Part shown: one piece after another, positions 39,682 to 53,200 of the stretch
How positions within the stretch are numbered: the stretch's first letter is position 1
How the letters are laid out: each line of letters begins with the position of its first letter
Assembly: GCF_964204645.1 (NCBI RefSeq)
Contig: NC_134033.1
Coordinates: 9,370,655 to 9,434,654 of the forward strand
Length of the DNA stretch: 64,000 bases
Direction of reading: 5' to 3'
DNA from: Tubulanus polymorphus
Taxonomy: Eukaryota > Animalia > Nemertea
Translations under genes and position numbers: made by a program
Notes under the pieces: generated by a model
Databases searched by the model: none
What the model was told of the DNA's origin: nothing
The model's input: only the letters and a program-made list of their open reading frames with translations

Positions 39682-40173
39682 TTTGACATAGGGAGGAACA
39701 ATCCTCCCGACGTCGATACTTTGAATATCAGACCTGAAGGTCAAATTCTCTTCGTTTGACCTTGGGAGGAATATTCCTCCCAAAGTCAATTCTTTGAATA
39801 TCGGACCCCATGGTCAAGTTTCCATCGATTGACATTGGGAGGAATATTCCTCCCGCAGTCAATTTTCACAATAGCGGTCCTCTTAATTGGTGACACTCAA
39901 AGAACGCGCGGCTCAGATTTCTATTGTGCGCCTATCGCGAGCTGCGCGTGAATCACTTACGTAATCTTTTCTGTAAATGTGAAGACCTCGGGGGCATTAT
40001 GTTCTCTAAAGCCCGATATTATCCCAAATTCCGGACTGTTAATAGGTTGATTTTTCGACATGTTTCAACAATTTTTAACTGTTCATTTATGAATATTTGA
40101 GGACTTATGAACTAAAAATTAGTTAAATTTTTGATACATTTTGAGAAAGTCACAAAACATTTGAGACTGCGTT

Positions 40174-42258
40174 ACAGAAGCCAGGGTTTCCCCTGCCTTC
40201 TTGAAGTTTTTTTGTTCCAATTCATCATCTATTGTTTTTCCAGATGGATCGAGATGTGAACCAAAAGCATCATGCGGCAGTATCAAGCCAGCCATTTCTT
40301 CAGAGAGGGGCGCGTTAGCGGCGCTCTATGGGGTTATACGCAGAACGTCCTGGTGCATAAGTTGCTACTACGTGGGCATCAAGGTCATACTTAATAAAAC
40401 TCTGGATTGCCACACTCAGGGTTTTAGGAAACCGGGGATTCTCGTCCGGACCCCCGTCCACCAGCATTACTAACACGGGTTTTAATTTTCTGTCATCTGT
40501 AGCTAGTACTGTTTCAAATTCTGGGAGCTTGACCAAAGCGCATGCGCTGCAGCTGTGCTGCTGTCATGTTTTGCGCTTCGTATAGAAATATATGTAGGAC
40601 CATTGAAGGATACAGCATCATTAATGATATCGGGTTTAATAATAGCAGCCACCACGAAATCATGGTCAGGCAACCGTACTCTGTACTGCATATGCATGAG
40701 CAGGGGTGCTTGCTTTGTCGCAGCTGCCAAACCTATTGGTACCCTAGCTTTATCATCACAACTTAATAAACTGCAGACTTTGGGCCCTAAGAGGGAAGCA
40801 GCCTCGTTAATGTGGCTAACACTGGTATAAGCAAAATTTGCTGCAGGGTGTGACTTACGCACGTTGTTTTGAGCACGGGCAAGCTTTACCGGAACTGTGT
40901 TGACGTGGCGCTTGCCTTCTATAGTGGTTGCATTGCGGGGCTGTAGGCGCAAGTATGCAGCAGAACGACTTAGCATATACCCACATTTTTGTAATTCCAC
41001 TTTTAAATCATCTAATGATTTGCAAGATTGCAAAACCTCATTTCGTCTTCTATCTGCTGCAGCAGACCCATGAGAGACAATGGATTCTATGGTTTCCATT
41101 AACCCTGGTTGATCAACCTCAACCCGTGGCCTACCCGGTTCTGCCCTATTAAATTTTTCGGCAGCATCAGGGTGGGCCTCAGACACATCTGATATTGCTT
41201 CTTTTAAGTTCTGGCGACGCAAACGCTGCTTTTCCATCTGTCTTTTCAATTCATTCATTTTTTTATTTAATTCTTTTAGTTCATCTGTGTAAGCCATAAT
41301 TGTTTTCTGCCCACCAGGGGGTAGCATTCCACAATCACGTAATGCGTACAATTGGTTACATTTGGCCTGTACCTCAGAGATATGCTGTTTAACGGCAGTC
41401 TGGGCTGGTGTCTCCCGCTTTGAATCTGTAAGAATGTGAAGAAATTTGTTTGCTATTAAACCGTTTATATAAATCTTTTGTTTCACTAAGCTTATTTAAA
41501 ATTTCATTCTTAGAAACTCTGAAGTCCGTAGTGGGGTTTGCGTTGTATTGGTGTCAACATTTTTTTTAAACTTAATTTTCAATAAGCCGCGTGATCATAT
41601 TTTTAATGCACGCGTATTGTTGATGTGTTTTATTACAAACTTCAGCGAGGTTTTGAAGGGCAATTTCCCGGCAAGGGGGTTCTTCCGAACCGACGACTAG
41701 ATAACATCGTTTATGCCGTCGTCTAAAATTGAATATCACCTGTATACCATGGAATTAAATACCATTAAAACCTTCCACCCCCATGATTATCGATAAATAA
41801 TATTAACTCCTATCACCCCTCATTCTTGCTTTTTAAACCGGTAGGCCTACATGACCGACTCAATGACAAAGGCACGTATAGACCAAGGTGACCTTCTTTA
41901 TAGACAGTATAAAATACAGTGCTGTGCCGGTCGGCTGTGATGAAAGTTAAATAAATAATTTTGACATAATGTTAACATACCTGCTGATGTCGACGATTTT
42001 CCGTTCTCAGTGTCATTGACAGTTGCAGCTGATCCATCAGTACTTCGGCTTCTTTTAGCTACTTGACCCCAAAACGATTGTAGTTTTGACTTTCTTTTTA
42101 AAGCGTTAGCTTTCAGACTGGAAATTTGACTCAATTTTGGCATTATCACCCTTTATTGTGTTCCAGAGTTTCTGCCCTTCGTCATACAAAAGGGCTTTTG
42201 GTTTTTCAGAACCTTTAGTGTCCATGAAAACAGAAATAAACTCCTGGTACCTCGACAT
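40174..42258 (-). pseudogene. 5' part of Zator-like DDE transposase with a 555-bp intron (41426-41980); frameshifted
   Basis: GRPR, EGKRHVNTVPVKL, SCDDKARVPIG, LPDHDF, GPTYISIRSAKH, VDGGPDENPRF and APGRSAYNPIERR. Donor gcag|GTATGT and acceptor ttcttaCAG| join in frame as SA-D-SKRETPAQ. ATG at 42258. Confidence 0.8.
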
Positions 42259-42519
42259 TTTGTTTAGAACAAAATTCCGATAATTAAATAAATTACGCGA
42301 CAAAATAATTAAGCAAGTATTGTTGTTTATTGATTTTATATACCCGGTACTAAAAGCCGATAAAACACCAACGGCTATTTTCATTTGAGTTTGGTACATA
42401 CAGTACGTACCAAGATTGATTAATACCCCCCTCCCTCAAAGTACGTACCTTTTTTGCTGACCCCCCTCCCCCATGTACCACTTTGTACCAAAAATTCAGT
42501 AACCCCCTCCCCCAATGGA

Positions 42520-42544
42520 GGTACGTAATTTATGAACGCTCCCC
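42520..42544 (-). repeat. Probable 5' TIR of the Zator-like element
   Basis: The minus strand begins GGGGAGCGTTCATAAATTACGTACC, about 290 bp upstream of the ATG. The partner TIR was not found. Confidence 0.55.
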
Positions 42545-42659
42545 TGACAATCGTGTCGCAACTGAATTGCCCCCACACTTGCAACGCAAGTTGTGGAGTG
42601 CGTCGCCTCGCAAGGCTGTCCTACGTTCAGCATTAAGTTACTGCGGTGCCCTAGAAAGA

Positions 42660-43875
42660 TCTTTTTTCGCTCAAAAGACTTTTCGCTCAAAAATGTTTGC
42701 GTCAGAGCAAAATATTTTTTGTTTGAACCAATAATATTCCGTTAGATTGAACCAATTTGAAAAATCGTTAGAACGTTGTGTCCGTTCGAACAAACTTTTT
42801 TTGTCCAAACGAAAGGTTTTTCGTTCAAACAATCGTTTAATCGATTCGAGTCGTTTTAATTTGATAAAATTTTCTTGTCAGAACATTACGTTTTTTGTTC
42901 GAAACAAGTATATTGTAAAGTTTTTTGTTCGAACCAAAAGTATATAGTATTTCGTTCAATCGAACAGAATTGTTTTCATTCATACATTCGTTCGAACGAA
43001 ATTGTTTTCACTCAACAAGTTTTTCATTTCAACAATAACATAGCTTTTTATTCGAACATATATTCTTGTCAGAGCAAACAAAAGTTTTCGTTCGAACAAA
43101 AAGCGTATTATTTTGATCAAACAGAATTGTTTTCATTTGAACAAGATTTCAGAGCATTTAGTTTTTATTTGTTCGAGCAGATACATCGTTTCATCGAAGC
43201 ATTTTTCGTTCCAAAAAGCAAAATTTTGGTGATACTAAATAGTCTTTTCATTATAATAATGAGTAATCTTTATTCTAACAAAATAATCTTCTCATTCGAA
43301 CATAAAGAATAATCTGAACCTGGGTTTTCTTTGTATCCAATATCCATATCATGCCTTTAAGGTTGTAGTCCATCACCCATGTTTCCGGCCATGTACGGCA
43401 CACGGCTTGTTTAGGTCGTTTTTGAAATTTACTCGGTCCGGTACATTTTGGTTTACTGAGTATGTCATTTATCAGGACAGTAAAGAGAAGACGACTTAGG
43501 GTACTACCATGCGTGACTCCACTAGTTAGACCGTCTTATTCCAAGATAAGGCGTTCCGTTGATTTCGGCCACCTGTTTTCGTTCACATATAACTGCTGAG
43601 CCTTTTGAGCGACCTATCATTGATAATGTTTCCTAGTGGCTTGTTGAGCAATGGCTGATATTGTAGCTTATCAAAGGCTTTGTCAAAATCCATAAGACTA
43701 ATTATGACCTACAGTCTACAGCCTACAGAGTGAAGTAAGGCCATCTGGTCCAGTTAACCATGGTTTCAAGTAGGTCTAATTGACTGTTTGTCGACCTTCC
43801 TTTTATAAAACTGGGTTGACCGTTGACCAGGATTCTAAAACTGTGCAGAAAACCCGTTATCGCTGCTTTGCAGCC
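42660..43875. repeat. Inverted copy of the composite repeat at 13216-14170
   Basis: Colinear reverse-complement matches, e.g. taatcttctcattcgaaca and aaatttactcggtcc. Confidence 0.75.
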
Positions 43876-43926
43876 TTCATTAGGGTTTTCTGTTTCTTTA
43901 CAGAAAACCCTATTGAAATTCGCGTG

Positions 43927-46900
43927 AAAAAAAAATTATTTTTTTTCCCATTTCCACATAGTTTTTGTTAAAAGTGTAAAGGCTTCCTTACCTTACCGCT
44001 GTCGCCGATACAATCCGTATGATATCCTCCAGCTCACTTCAATCTCCAGATACTGCATGGGAATTTTAATAAATCCACGTTATAAAGACACTGTCGAGCC
44101 GTAAACATCGGAAATTTGGCTCCGTTCAATTAGTAGCCATGTTGTGTTTTCTTTCCGATATTTCTTATATTATACAGATTTTGAATTGATCAAGTTTAAA
44201 TCAAGGTCGTTGAGTCGCGGACGGCTACTAGAATTTCGTTCGTCTCAGAGAGAAAACAAACGACAGAAAAGTATCAGGTGATTATCGATAGCCTACTACG
44301 GTACACACAGTTGACAAACAGTGTTAGGCCTGTGCCGGTCGGTGCGTACTGGGACTAAATATACTGGTTGTGGTTGGTCAGTTGGTTCGGTTGTGAAGTG
44401 TGGAAGCTAAGAAAGCCTACCGGTATTTATTTGTAAGCATAGGCCTATTATATAGTAGCCAATACCACTTACTAACGCCGTACGTATTTTCACAAGACTG
44501 CGATAAATCTAAATAGCTTAATACGGCACGAGTTTAGCTAATTTACGGGTTTAAAGGTTCATTTTCAGAGTCAATAGACGTAATTTGATAAATGCATTCT
44601 TTAAATGGAAATTCTATAGTAATCTATACAAATCATTTATATTAAGTGTTTTGTGTTAATTAAGAATCGTCATTCAAGGATTAAAGATCAATATGAAGCT
44701 GATACATTTCATTCGTGTGGATTCTTCTCTCATTACTAGTGTTAATAGGAGATTCGCGTGTCACGCATGATAAAAATAAAAATATTCGAGTCGTATTTCT
44801 TTCATTTACGGTCGCAAATTAGCTATTGTCCTAGTGAGCATTATTCTCATTTATACGTAAAAGTGTATTTGGTATGAGGGTTTGTTTCTTTCTTCACTCC
44901 TTTATATACAATTCAGAAATAGGAGTTAATAAGGAGGTTTTTACTCCTAACCGAACTCAGTTCCCATTCAGTTCAGTTCAAGTTTATATGCATGGAGATC
45001 TATGAAATAAGGGAAAATACAATTTAGCCTACTAGCCACTGAACGTTAGCACCCACAAAACGTCAGGAATTTGAGAGAAAAATGGGAAAAAAAATAATTT
45101 TTTTTCCCATTTCCACATAGTTTTTGTTAAAAGTGTAAAGGCTTCCTTACCTTACCGCTGTCGCCGATACAATCCGTATGATATCCTCCAGCTCACTTCA
45201 ATCTCCAGATACTGCATGGGAATTTTAATAAATCCACGTTATAAAGACACTGTCGAGCCGTAAACATCGGAAATTTGGCTCCGTTCAATTAGTAGCCATG
45301 TTGTGTTTTCTTTCCGATATTTCTTATATTATACAGATTTTGAATTGATCAAGTTTAAATCAAGGTCGTTGAGTCGCGGACGGCTACTAGAATTTCGTTC
45401 GTCTCAGAGAGAAAACAAACGACAGAAAAGTATCAGGTGATTATCGATAGCCTACTACGGTACACACAGTTGACAAACAGTGTTAGGCCTGTGCCGGTCG
45501 GTGCGTACTGGGACTAAATATACTGGTTGTGGTTGGTCAGTTGGTTCGGTTGTGAAGTGTGGAAGCTAAGAAAGCCTACCGGTATTTATTTGTAAGCATA
45601 GGCCTATTATATAGTAGCCAATACCACTTACTAACGCCGTACGTGAGTTCCTAGTAGCCAATACCATTTTTGAAGTACGAAGTTGTTACGAGTACGTGAC
45701 TGTACGGTGATATCCACAGGTTAACCGTTCGTGAGTTCCCTAAAAACGCCGTACGTGAGTTCCTATAATCTGCAAACGCGCATGTGTGAAAGAATAGAGT
45801 TTGGGTTAGGTGAGGCTAGGCTATTTGTAAATCAAATTTCATCCAGTTACGTTCTGTGGCACAGTGGGTAAATCACTGGACTACACCTGGATTTTTTTTT
45901 CGTTTGGTCTCGAATCCCAATATTGCAAGTCTGAGTGTCAACATACTCACATATGTCTAACCTGTAGAAATTACCGTACAGTCACGTACAGGTAACAACA
46001 GCGTTTTAAGTATTAAGTGAGTACGACAAGCCTACCATGCATATGTACTACAAACAGGTAGATTTATGAATTTCGAGGGATACGATACACAGTGTTCGAG
46101 GTAATGAGACGGTATGAGACATGCATACAATTTTAGAAAACTAAATAGATTTTGTATTTTCTTTGTCTAACAGTAAATTGCTATAACTGTGTTGACAATC
46201 AATTGTAATCAGATTGTAATCAGGGCCTTCTCGATAAACATGTAGAAGGGAAATCGTAATTAAAACACGTGCATAACATAGAAATTACGTTTTGATTATA
46301 CAGGGAATATATTAGGACTGCTTACAAATTTTCACAAGACTGCGATAAATCTAAATAGCTTAATACGGCACGAGTTTAGCTAATTTACGGGTTTAAAGGT
46401 TCATTTTCAGAGTCAATAGACGTAATTTGATAAATGCATTCTTTAAATGGAAATTCTATAGTAATCTATACAAATCATTTATATTAAGTGTTTTGTGTTA
46501 ATTAAGAATCGTCATTCAAGGATTAAAGATCAATATGAAGCTGATACATTTCATTCGTGTGGATTCTTCTCTCATTACTAGTGTTAATAGGAGATTCGCG
46601 TGTCACGCATGATGAAAATAAAAATATTCGAGTCGTATTTCTTTCATTTACGGTCGCAAATTAGCTATTGTCCTAGTGAGCATTATTCTCATTTATACGT
46701 AAAAGTGTATTTGGTATGAGGGTTTGTTTCTTTCTTCACTCCTTTATATACAATTCAGAAATAGGAGTTAATAAGGAGGTTTTTACTCCTAACCGAACTC
46801 AGTTCCCATTCAGTTCAGTTCAAGTTTATATGCATGGAGATCTATGAAATAAGGGAAAATACAATTTAGCCTACTAGCCACTGAACGTTAGCACCCACAA

Positions 46901-48765
46901 AACGTCAGGAATTTGAGAGAAAAATGGGAAAAAAAATAATTTTTTTTCCCATTTCCACATAGTTTTTGTTAAAAGTGTAAAGGCTTCCTTACCTTACCGC
47001 TGTCGCCGATACAATCCGTATGATATCCTCCAGCTCACTTCAATCTCCAGATACTGCATGGGAATTTTAATAAATCCACGTTATAAAGACACTGTCGAGC
47101 CGTAAACATCGGAAATTTGGCTCCGTTCAATTAGTAGCCATGTTGTGTTTTCTTTCCGATATTTCTTATATTATACAGATTTTGAATTGATCAAGTTTAA
47201 ATCAAGGTCGTTGAGTCGCGGACGGCTACTAGAATTTCGTTCGTCTCAGAGAGAAAACAAACGACAGAAAAGTATCAGGTGATTATCGATAGCCTACTAC
47301 GGTACACACAGTTGACAAACAGTGTTAGGCCTGTGCCGGTCGGTGCGTACTGGGACTAAATATACTGGTTGTGGTTGGTCAGTTGGTTCGGTTGTGAAGT
47401 GTGGAAGCTAAGAAAGCCTACCGGTATTTATTTGTAAGCATAGGCCTATTATATAGTAGCCAATACCACTTACTAACGCCGTACGTGAGTTCCTAGTAGC
47501 CAATACCATTTTTGAAGTACGAAGTTGTTACGAGTACGTGACTGTACGGTGATATCCACAGGTTAACCGTTCGTGAGTTCCCTAAAAACGCCGTACGTGA
47601 GTTCCTATAATCTGCAAACGCGCATGTGTGAAAGAATAGAGTTTGGGTTAGGTGAGGCTAGGCTATTTGTAAATCAAATTTCATCCAGTTACGTTCTGTG
47701 GCACAGTGGGTAAATCACTGGACTACACCTGGATTTTTTTTTCGTTTGGTCTCGAATCCCAATATTGCAAGTCTGAGTGTCAACATACTCACATATGTCT
47801 AACCTGTAGAAATTACCGTACAGTCACGTACAGGTAACAACAGCGTTTTAAGTATTAAGTGAGTACGACAAGCCTACCATGCATATGTACTACAAACAGG
47901 TAGATTTATGAATTTCGAGGGATACGATACACAGTGTTCGAGGTAATGAGACGGTATGAGACATGCATACAATTTTAGAAAACTAAATAGATTTTGTATT
48001 TTCTTTGTCTAACAGTAAATTGCTATAACTGTGTTGACAATCAATTGTAATCAGATTGTAATCAGGGCCTTCTCGATAAACATGTAGAAGGGAAATCGTA
48101 ATTAAAACACGTGCATAACATAGAAATTACGTTTTGATTATACAGGGAATATATTAGGACTGCTTACAAATTTTCACAAGACTGCGATAAATCTAAATAG
48201 CTTAATACGGCACGAGTTTAGCTAATTTACGGGTTTAAAGGTTCATTTTCAGAGTCAATAGACGTAATTTGATAAATGCATTCTTTAAATGGAAATTCTA
48301 TAGTAATCTATACAAATCATTTATATTAAGTGTTTTGTGTTAATTAAGAATCGTCATTCAAGGATTAAAGATCAATATGAAGCTGATACATTTCATTCGT
48401 GTGGATTCTTCTCTCATTACTAGTGTTAATAGGAGATTCGCGTGTCACGCATGATGAAAATAAAAATATTCGAGTCGTATTTCTTTCATTTACGGTCGCA
48501 AATTAGCTATTGTCCTAGTGAGCATTATTCTCATTTATACGTAAAAGTGTATTTGGTATGAGGGTTTGTTTCTTTCTTCACTCCTTTATATACAATTCAG
48601 AAATAGGAGTTAATAAGGAGGTTTTTACTCCTAACCGAACTCAGTTCCCATTCAGTTCAGTTCAAGTTTATATGCATGGAGATCTATGAAATAAGGGAAA
48701 ATACAATTTAGCCTACTAGCCACTGAACGTTAGCACCCACAAAACGTCAGGAATTTGAGAGAAAA
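43927..48765. repeat. Tandem triplication of an 1842-bp unit (first unit lacks 683 bp)
   Basis: Offsets 45121/46963, 46141/47983 and 44521/46363 are all 1842. The offset 43981/45140 is 1159. Confidence 0.93.
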
Positions 48766-48852
48766 CATTATGTTACAAAAATATCGGATAAAATTCATTC
48801 TAAACATGCGTTACTAAGCCCAGAACTCCAGATATCGGGATGATATGTCTAA

Positions 48853-49642
48853 AGGCTGGCTTATGTCGACAGGCAACGCGACGCCTACCGACGCAACTGG
48901 GTTTATCGCCGATTAGCAGCAACTAGCGGGCTACGATAGGCCGCCAGTTGCTCCTCAATCGGTTCGACATAAGCCGGCTTGCGACGGCAACGCGACGCCT
49001 ACCGACTCGTCGCAAGCCGTATCCGGCTAGTTGCCCATGTTCTACTCCGGCCTACGGTAGGTGGGCAGTTGCTTTCGATCGCAGCCGACATAAGCTCATC
49101 TGCGACGCGACGGAACTGAGCGCAGGGGTTCCAGCCAATGAAAGACCGCATATACATAGTACAAATTATCACCACTAGTTAGCGTCATTCGTAATTAGTC
49201 ATAAACTTTCAAATTCAAGTAGTTCAAAACGTAAACCAAACCTTCAGCACGGCAGAGGACTGGACCGAAGATCTAGAAACGAAATTGGTAGAATTATGGT
49301 GTGAGCGGCCATCTTTAAAGACGCTAGCACGTTGTATTCGAAACAGAATCAGAAAGATCAAAGTCTTAAAGAAATAGCTTTTCTAATAGAAATATATTTC
49401 CTAATAATTCAAATTTATTCTCAAAATGCTTATCACGTGACCATTTGAGCCGTTGCAGTTGCTAGTAATCGCAACCGACATAAGCAGGGAAGCAACCGGG
49501 AGGATCTCATATCCGGCTAGTCGTCCTCAGTTGCTGCGAATCGGAGCGCCGTCGACATAAGCTGGGCTGCGATCGCGGTTGCTCTCAGTTGCGTCGGTAG
49601 GAGTCGGTAGGCGTCGCGTTGCTTGTCGACATAAGCCAGCCT
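48853..49642 (+). mobile_element. Non-autonomous PIF/Harbinger derivative (790 bp) with TAA TSD and MADF/Myb relic
   Basis: TAA|aggctggcttatgtcgac...gtcgacataagccagcct|TAA, with a 40-bp TIR carrying 1 mismatch. Empty site at about 38485. WTEDLETKLVELWCERPSL...RNRIRKIKVLKEIA begins at 49261. Confidence 0.9.
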
Positions 49643-50239
49643 TAAGGCAGATTTCTCCCTTTGTGACACAACCATTTGATTACTCATGTGACCATTATGT
49701 TTAAACACCTCTCACAATCAAGCTTAAGATTGAGTGGCCTGCGGTATGAATGCTTTAGTATTGATTCATATACGAAGCATGATAGTCTTTACATTGAAAT
49801 TAGTTGATAGAATGGATCTTACTTTTTCTCGACTTTAAAATTATTATTTGATTGACATACCACGGATTCGGAAATTAGTTGATTAAATTATATATATATA
49901 TTCGTTTATTATATCAAAAAAATATAAATTTTTTTCATGATATGACACAATTACATGATAATGTATGGCGGGTAAATAATTCAAGTATATAAATTGATTG
50001 AATAAATAATAACTCAAGAATATAAATACATTGAATACATAATATATACCAAAGGCGATTGAAAGCCTTTCCACATAGATTTATGACATACATGGCATAT
50101 ATCTATGTGGTCACACTGTACATAGTTGGATTACCCATTTAATAGTTGAAGCCGAATATTAAAGGCTTTCCTAAGAAAAGTGGAAAGATTATATAATTTA
50201 CTACTGCTGGAAATTAGGTGGATGAATTTTTCTTTGTTC

Positions 50240-53200
50240 GGATTTGTCCAGTAAGATCTCGATATATAACTTAGTCTTAAACCATAGTATGCAGGACATA
50301 TTAAAGCAAAATGGTACTCGTCCTCAATTTCATTCAGATTACAACATTTGGAAATACGACTATTATAAGGTATCTTAGGTCTGGCCCAGCGTCCAGTTTC
50401 GACTAGCAGATCATGACTAGAACATCTAAACTTGCAATCTTTGTGCGTACCTCCTTAGGTAAATCTAAATATGATTCATAGATTACTCCCTTCTTGAATT
50501 CACGAAAGTATTTGGCTTTAGATGAGTTTTGTAAAAAAAAGTATGCCATTGCTGTTTGAACTGATCAAGCATTCTAACCTCAATTGAGTGCAGAAACCAC
50601 TTTTTGTTGTCAACTTGCTGGTCTAACCAGAATTGGCCATATCCTAAGCCATTCAATAGATCTCTAACTAAAGAAGCCCGATTAATTACACGGTGATCAC
50701 GTATGCTGATATCATCTAACATTTGATTGTACATCAGCTTAGTTAGTTTCTCGGGTTTAGTTTTAAGTATATTAAGCCAGTATTTCACAATTAACATTCT
50801 TTGCTGAATATGTATTGGATATTTACCAATTTCACTAAATACAAAATTATCAGGTGTTGAGTTTTTAACTCCCAGGAGGTATTTATAAAATTTGAGAGGG
50901 ATTCTCTCTAGTTTTCTATCTTCTTTGAGACCCCATATTTGGCAGCCATAAGTTAAGACAGGTACCACGAGGCTGTTAAAAATTTAATGGCTAGCCTGGG
51001 TGTGACTCTTGGATACTGCAGAAGGTATTTTCTGAAATTATAGTATGCTGATACTCCCCGAGACGCCAGACTGTTAATAGTTACATTATGTTTTCCATTG
51101 AAATTGAAATCCATACCTAAGTATGTAAAACAGTTTACACTTTCTATTACTTGTCCATCAATCTTCCAAACAAAGTTTCTTACATTGACTGCTTTTCTAA
51201 AGACGACAATTTTCGTTTTTTCATAATTAATTCCGATATGCATTACATGACAGTAATTAGAAATATTATCAAGGGCACATTGAAGTCCTTCTGGCGTCTC
51301 GCCGAGTATAACCGTATCATCAGCATATAACAATAATAAGAGTTTGAATGTACCTAAGTCGATTCCATCATAATCATTGCTTTTAACATGTTCTTCCATG
51401 TCATTGATAAAAAGATTAAAAAGAAGAGAGGATAAACACTCTCCCTGTCTTACCCCAATGTTACATATAAAATACTCAGTGAAATTGTTATACTGCTTTA
51501 CGCACGATTTCGTTGTTCTATACATAGAATGTATTATTCTAAGGGTTTTACCGGATAGACCATTACTTTGGAGTTGGTTCATCAGAATTGACCGATCAAC
51601 CAAGTCAAAAGCTTTAGAAAAATCTATGAAAGCAGCATAGACTTTGTTACCCTTACTAATAAAATGATTTATAACTGAATTTAGGACAAACATTTGGTCT
51701 ATGGTGCTGTATGATGGTCTAAAACCTGCTTGCGATTCTGAGAGAACTGAAAAAGCCTCACACCAGGAAGTTAATCTTGTATTTAGTATGGTTGAGAACA
51801 ACTTTCCAAAAGCAGACAGTATAGTAATACCTCTAAAGTTATTTGCGTTAGAAGTGGGCCCCTTCTTATGGACTGGTACTATGTATCCCATACTCCAACT
51901 TTCAGGGTATATGCCACTCTCAAAAATCAAATTAAATAGAATAGTTAATTGACTTAAAATCGATTCACCTGCTACAATAAATAGACCCCCTTTTAATCCA
52001 TCAATCCCAGATGACTTATTTCTTTTTAATTTCTTAATTGCACGTTGAACTTCCTCAGCACTAATTGGGCCATCCAATATATGGGCAGTCTGATCGATAT
52101 TGGCATCATGTTCAACTGGGTTGTCTGCAGAGGAGAGGTTTTTGAAATGATTAAATAAACTGTTTAAGTCAGGCAGTTTACATTCAGGTGTGGAACCTTT
52201 AAATTTTGTCCACAGATCTCTATGATTATTGTTGTCTAATGAATCTAACAAATCTTGTAAATTATTATTATCAAAATTTTCTTTCGCTTTACTTATAGTT
52301 GTCTTATAGTTTATTCGAGCCTCTCTTAAAAGGATACGATTTACATTTGATGCATGCAGACGAAAGCGGCGGGATGCCCGACTAAATTGGTTTCTGGCTC
52401 TTTTACGTGAGTCGTCATACCAGGATGACTTATTATTTCTATTGACCTGTGTTATCATACTGTGATAACAAATTGATAGATACATGTAGCATGGCGTGAT
52501 CAGAAAAAGGGAGTTCCTCCGATATATGGAAATCACATAGTTGTGAAAGTATATCATAATCACATAGTATGTAGTCAACCACACTTTTACCTAGAGGCTG
52601 ATGACATGTAAATTTACCAAGGGTTTTATCACCAAATGCTCTACCATTGAGAATTAACAGGCTACATCCAGCACAAAGCTCAATCAAATTTTGACCTCTT
52701 ACATCTGGTCTTACTACATTATCTTGTGACACTCGTTCTACATTATAATAAGTACTATATTCAAGTAAGTTGTATATATCAAGATCGATATTGAGGTCAG
52801 GGTAGTTCCCATTTTGAGGAGGGGTCAAACCAGGATGAGCATTTGTTCTTCCATTAAGGTCACCAATAATCATGACGTGACTATCTAATTGATGTGTAAG
52901 TATATCACAAGTTAGATCGTTAAAGAAATCCACTGTATTATGGTTATCACATGAGATATATATTAAACAGATTATCATATCTTTTTCAAGAGAGAAATAA
53001 TTTTTACACAATTTGATCCACATGATATCAGGAGGGATGTTATTCCATCAATGAATTCGCTTTTAAAGAAAAAAAAAAAGTCCGCCAGAATTTCGCCGTG
53101 CACGCGGACTCTTTTTCCTAACCCTTTGCAAATATGAAAAACCGTGGGGCACTGGAAAAACAGTATCAGATGAATTCCAGGTCTCAGCTAACAGGATAAA

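Larger units (their letters stand above)
33018..40173. mobile_element. 7.16-kb non-coding element with about 540-bp TIRs and ACAG TSD, inserted in the Zator-like transposase
   Basis: 33018-33554 is the reverse complement of 39607-40173. ACAG occurs at 33014-33017 and 40174-40177. Removal restores AGETLAS-VWSNVVID. Confidence 0.92.
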
